Shown here piece by piece: positions 63,245 to 64,000 of a DNA stretch of 64,000 nucleotides. The DNA is taken from IMG/VR virus record IMGVR_UViG_3300045988_180675, positions 135,478 through 199,477 of that record, one strand, 5' to 3'. This DNA comes from a virus. The notes beneath the pieces were generated by a model. It was not told where the DNA came from. It was given only the letters and a program-made list of their open reading frames with translations, and made no database searches. The position numbers and the translations under genes are program-made. Numbering within the stretch: position 1 is the stretch's first letter; each line of letters opens with the position of its first letter.

Positions 63245-63778
63245 TTATCTTTCTTTTCCGATATCAATATTCTTAATCGGTGCAGCCTTTACTGGGGCTG
63301 ACTTTGCTACCTCTGTTGCTTTTGAAATTGTTGAAGATACATCTTTAACAAGTGGTGGCTTTACTTTGTTGGCAACCTTGTTGATGTCACGTTCGCCTTT
63401 CTTCATAGATGGACCAGACCACATTGTTGCATCATCCTTGCTTCTAGTAATATTCTTATTCTTCATTCGCTTCTTTTCCTGTTGAATAAGTTTTGTTGGA
63501 TTCTTCTTTAGCTCAGCTTCTTTCTTAGCTTTTTCTTCAATGCCACCAGCCTGTAATGCTTTGTTGGTTAGTCCTTCTTTCAACTTGAAGGCTGACTTAA
63601 TTAGTGTAGTCTTAAATTTATTAAGGCTTCTTTCGATGTCAGACTTCATTGGAAGTAAGGACATGTCGTTTGAAATGTTTTTGATTGTATTTCCAATTAC
63701 TCTTCCAGCTCCCTTGAAGAATCTTCCGATGCCTCCAAAGAAATTTGAGATTGGATTTCCATTGTTATTTTCGCTCAT
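63245..63778 (-). CDS. Lys-rich basic protein (177 aa)
   Basis: SD AAGAGG. A Gly-rich N-terminus (FFGGIGRFFKGAGRVIGN) is followed by a K-rich region. No family recognised. Confidence 0.6.
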   Translation of the reverse strand: MSENNNGNPISNFFGGIGRFFKGAGRVIGNTIKNISNDMSLLPMKSDIERSLNKFKTTLIKSAFKLKEGLTNKALQAGGIEEKAKKEAELKKNPTKLIQQEKKRMKNKNITRSKDDATMWSGPSMKKGERDINKVANKVKPPLVKDVSSTISKATEVAKSAPVKAAPIKNIDIGKER

Positions 63779-63840
63779 TTTTTACCTCTTTCTATCTACC
63801 AATCGGTCTATATTTTCGCTCATTTTATCTTTTCTGCTAC

Positions 63841-64000
63841 GTGAACTAACCATCACCTAAAGGTAATGGGCTTCTAAGAGTCTAAAAGACTCTATTTAAG
63901 AAGTTTGATATTTAAGTTTCCACCTAAATGATTAGGCAATCCTTATTCTTATAGGCGTGTCCACTTCGCCTCTACTGTATAGGATATTCATATCCACAAC
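63841..64000 (-). mobile_element. right end (omega-RNA region) of a second IS200/IS605-family element running off the window
   Basis: gtgaactaaccatcacctaaaggtaatgggctt parallels gtcaactacccaccacctaaaggtagtgggctt at 5046..5078, followed by a G+C-richer structured sequence. No ORF is visible because the window ends. Confidence 0.45.

Noticed and set aside
1-64000. CRISPR arrays, tRNA or rRNA genes, and integrase or recombinase genes.
   Set aside because: I saw no regularly spaced direct repeats, no cloverleaf-like or rRNA-like G+C-rich segments other than the IS ends, and no ORF with tyrosine or serine recombinase motifs.

Overview
By eye this is an AT-rich window from a low-GC Gram-positive (Firmicutes-type) conjugative plasmid or ICE. 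About 45 genes are packed on the minus strand and only one convincing gene lies on the plus strand (44085..44327).

Recognisable content:
- Type IV secretion/conjugation core: VirB4-like ATPase, PrgI/TcpE-like protein, VirB6-like polytopic protein, VirD4/TraG coupling protein, a 1528-aa NlpC/P60 cell-wall hydrolase and topoisomerase III.
- Sortase-dependent surface apparatus: a class C and a class B sortase, a SpaA-like pilin and an LPSTG giant adhesin.
- Seven proteins of 962-2707 aa. From the ORF-track lengths they total about 31.8 kb, roughly half the window.
- A tnpB-only IS200/IS605-family element with a probable omega RNA, plus the right end of a second such element at the window edge.
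- A Hanks kinase / PP2C phosphatase / FHA cassette.

No rRNA, tRNA, CRISPR array, integrase or recognisable relaxase was seen.

Most interesting signals:
1. A four-gene threonine-phosphorylation cassette at 54182..59001. It combines a bitopic FHA protein with a catalytically dead trypsin-like ectodomain, a PP2C, a membrane Ser/Thr kinase with a non-PASTA ectodomain, and a membrane protein with five E-T-[ST]-x-L repeats. It sits among the transfer and adhesin genes and is reminiscent of the PpkA/PppA/Fha1 checkpoint of type VI secretion.
2. An element-wide 13-nt promoter-proximal box (minus strand ATAGCATAATATA). There are 8 exact and several near copies, each after a terminator and just before a transfer or surface gene, and it appears in palindromic form at the promoter of a 62-aa XRE regulator.
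3. A second operator-like 10-mer (ATACTGTTAT) inside or abutting five sigma-A-type promoters.
4. A SecE paralogue with its own promoter, next to a 1351-aa adhesin gene.
5. Three unrelated small accessory genes, including an orphan Csx16-like gene, that share one conserved 5-prime leader.
6. Two adjacent genes with duplicated leaders carrying twin hairpins.

All functional calls rest on motifs read by eye and recall of protein families. No database search was possible.
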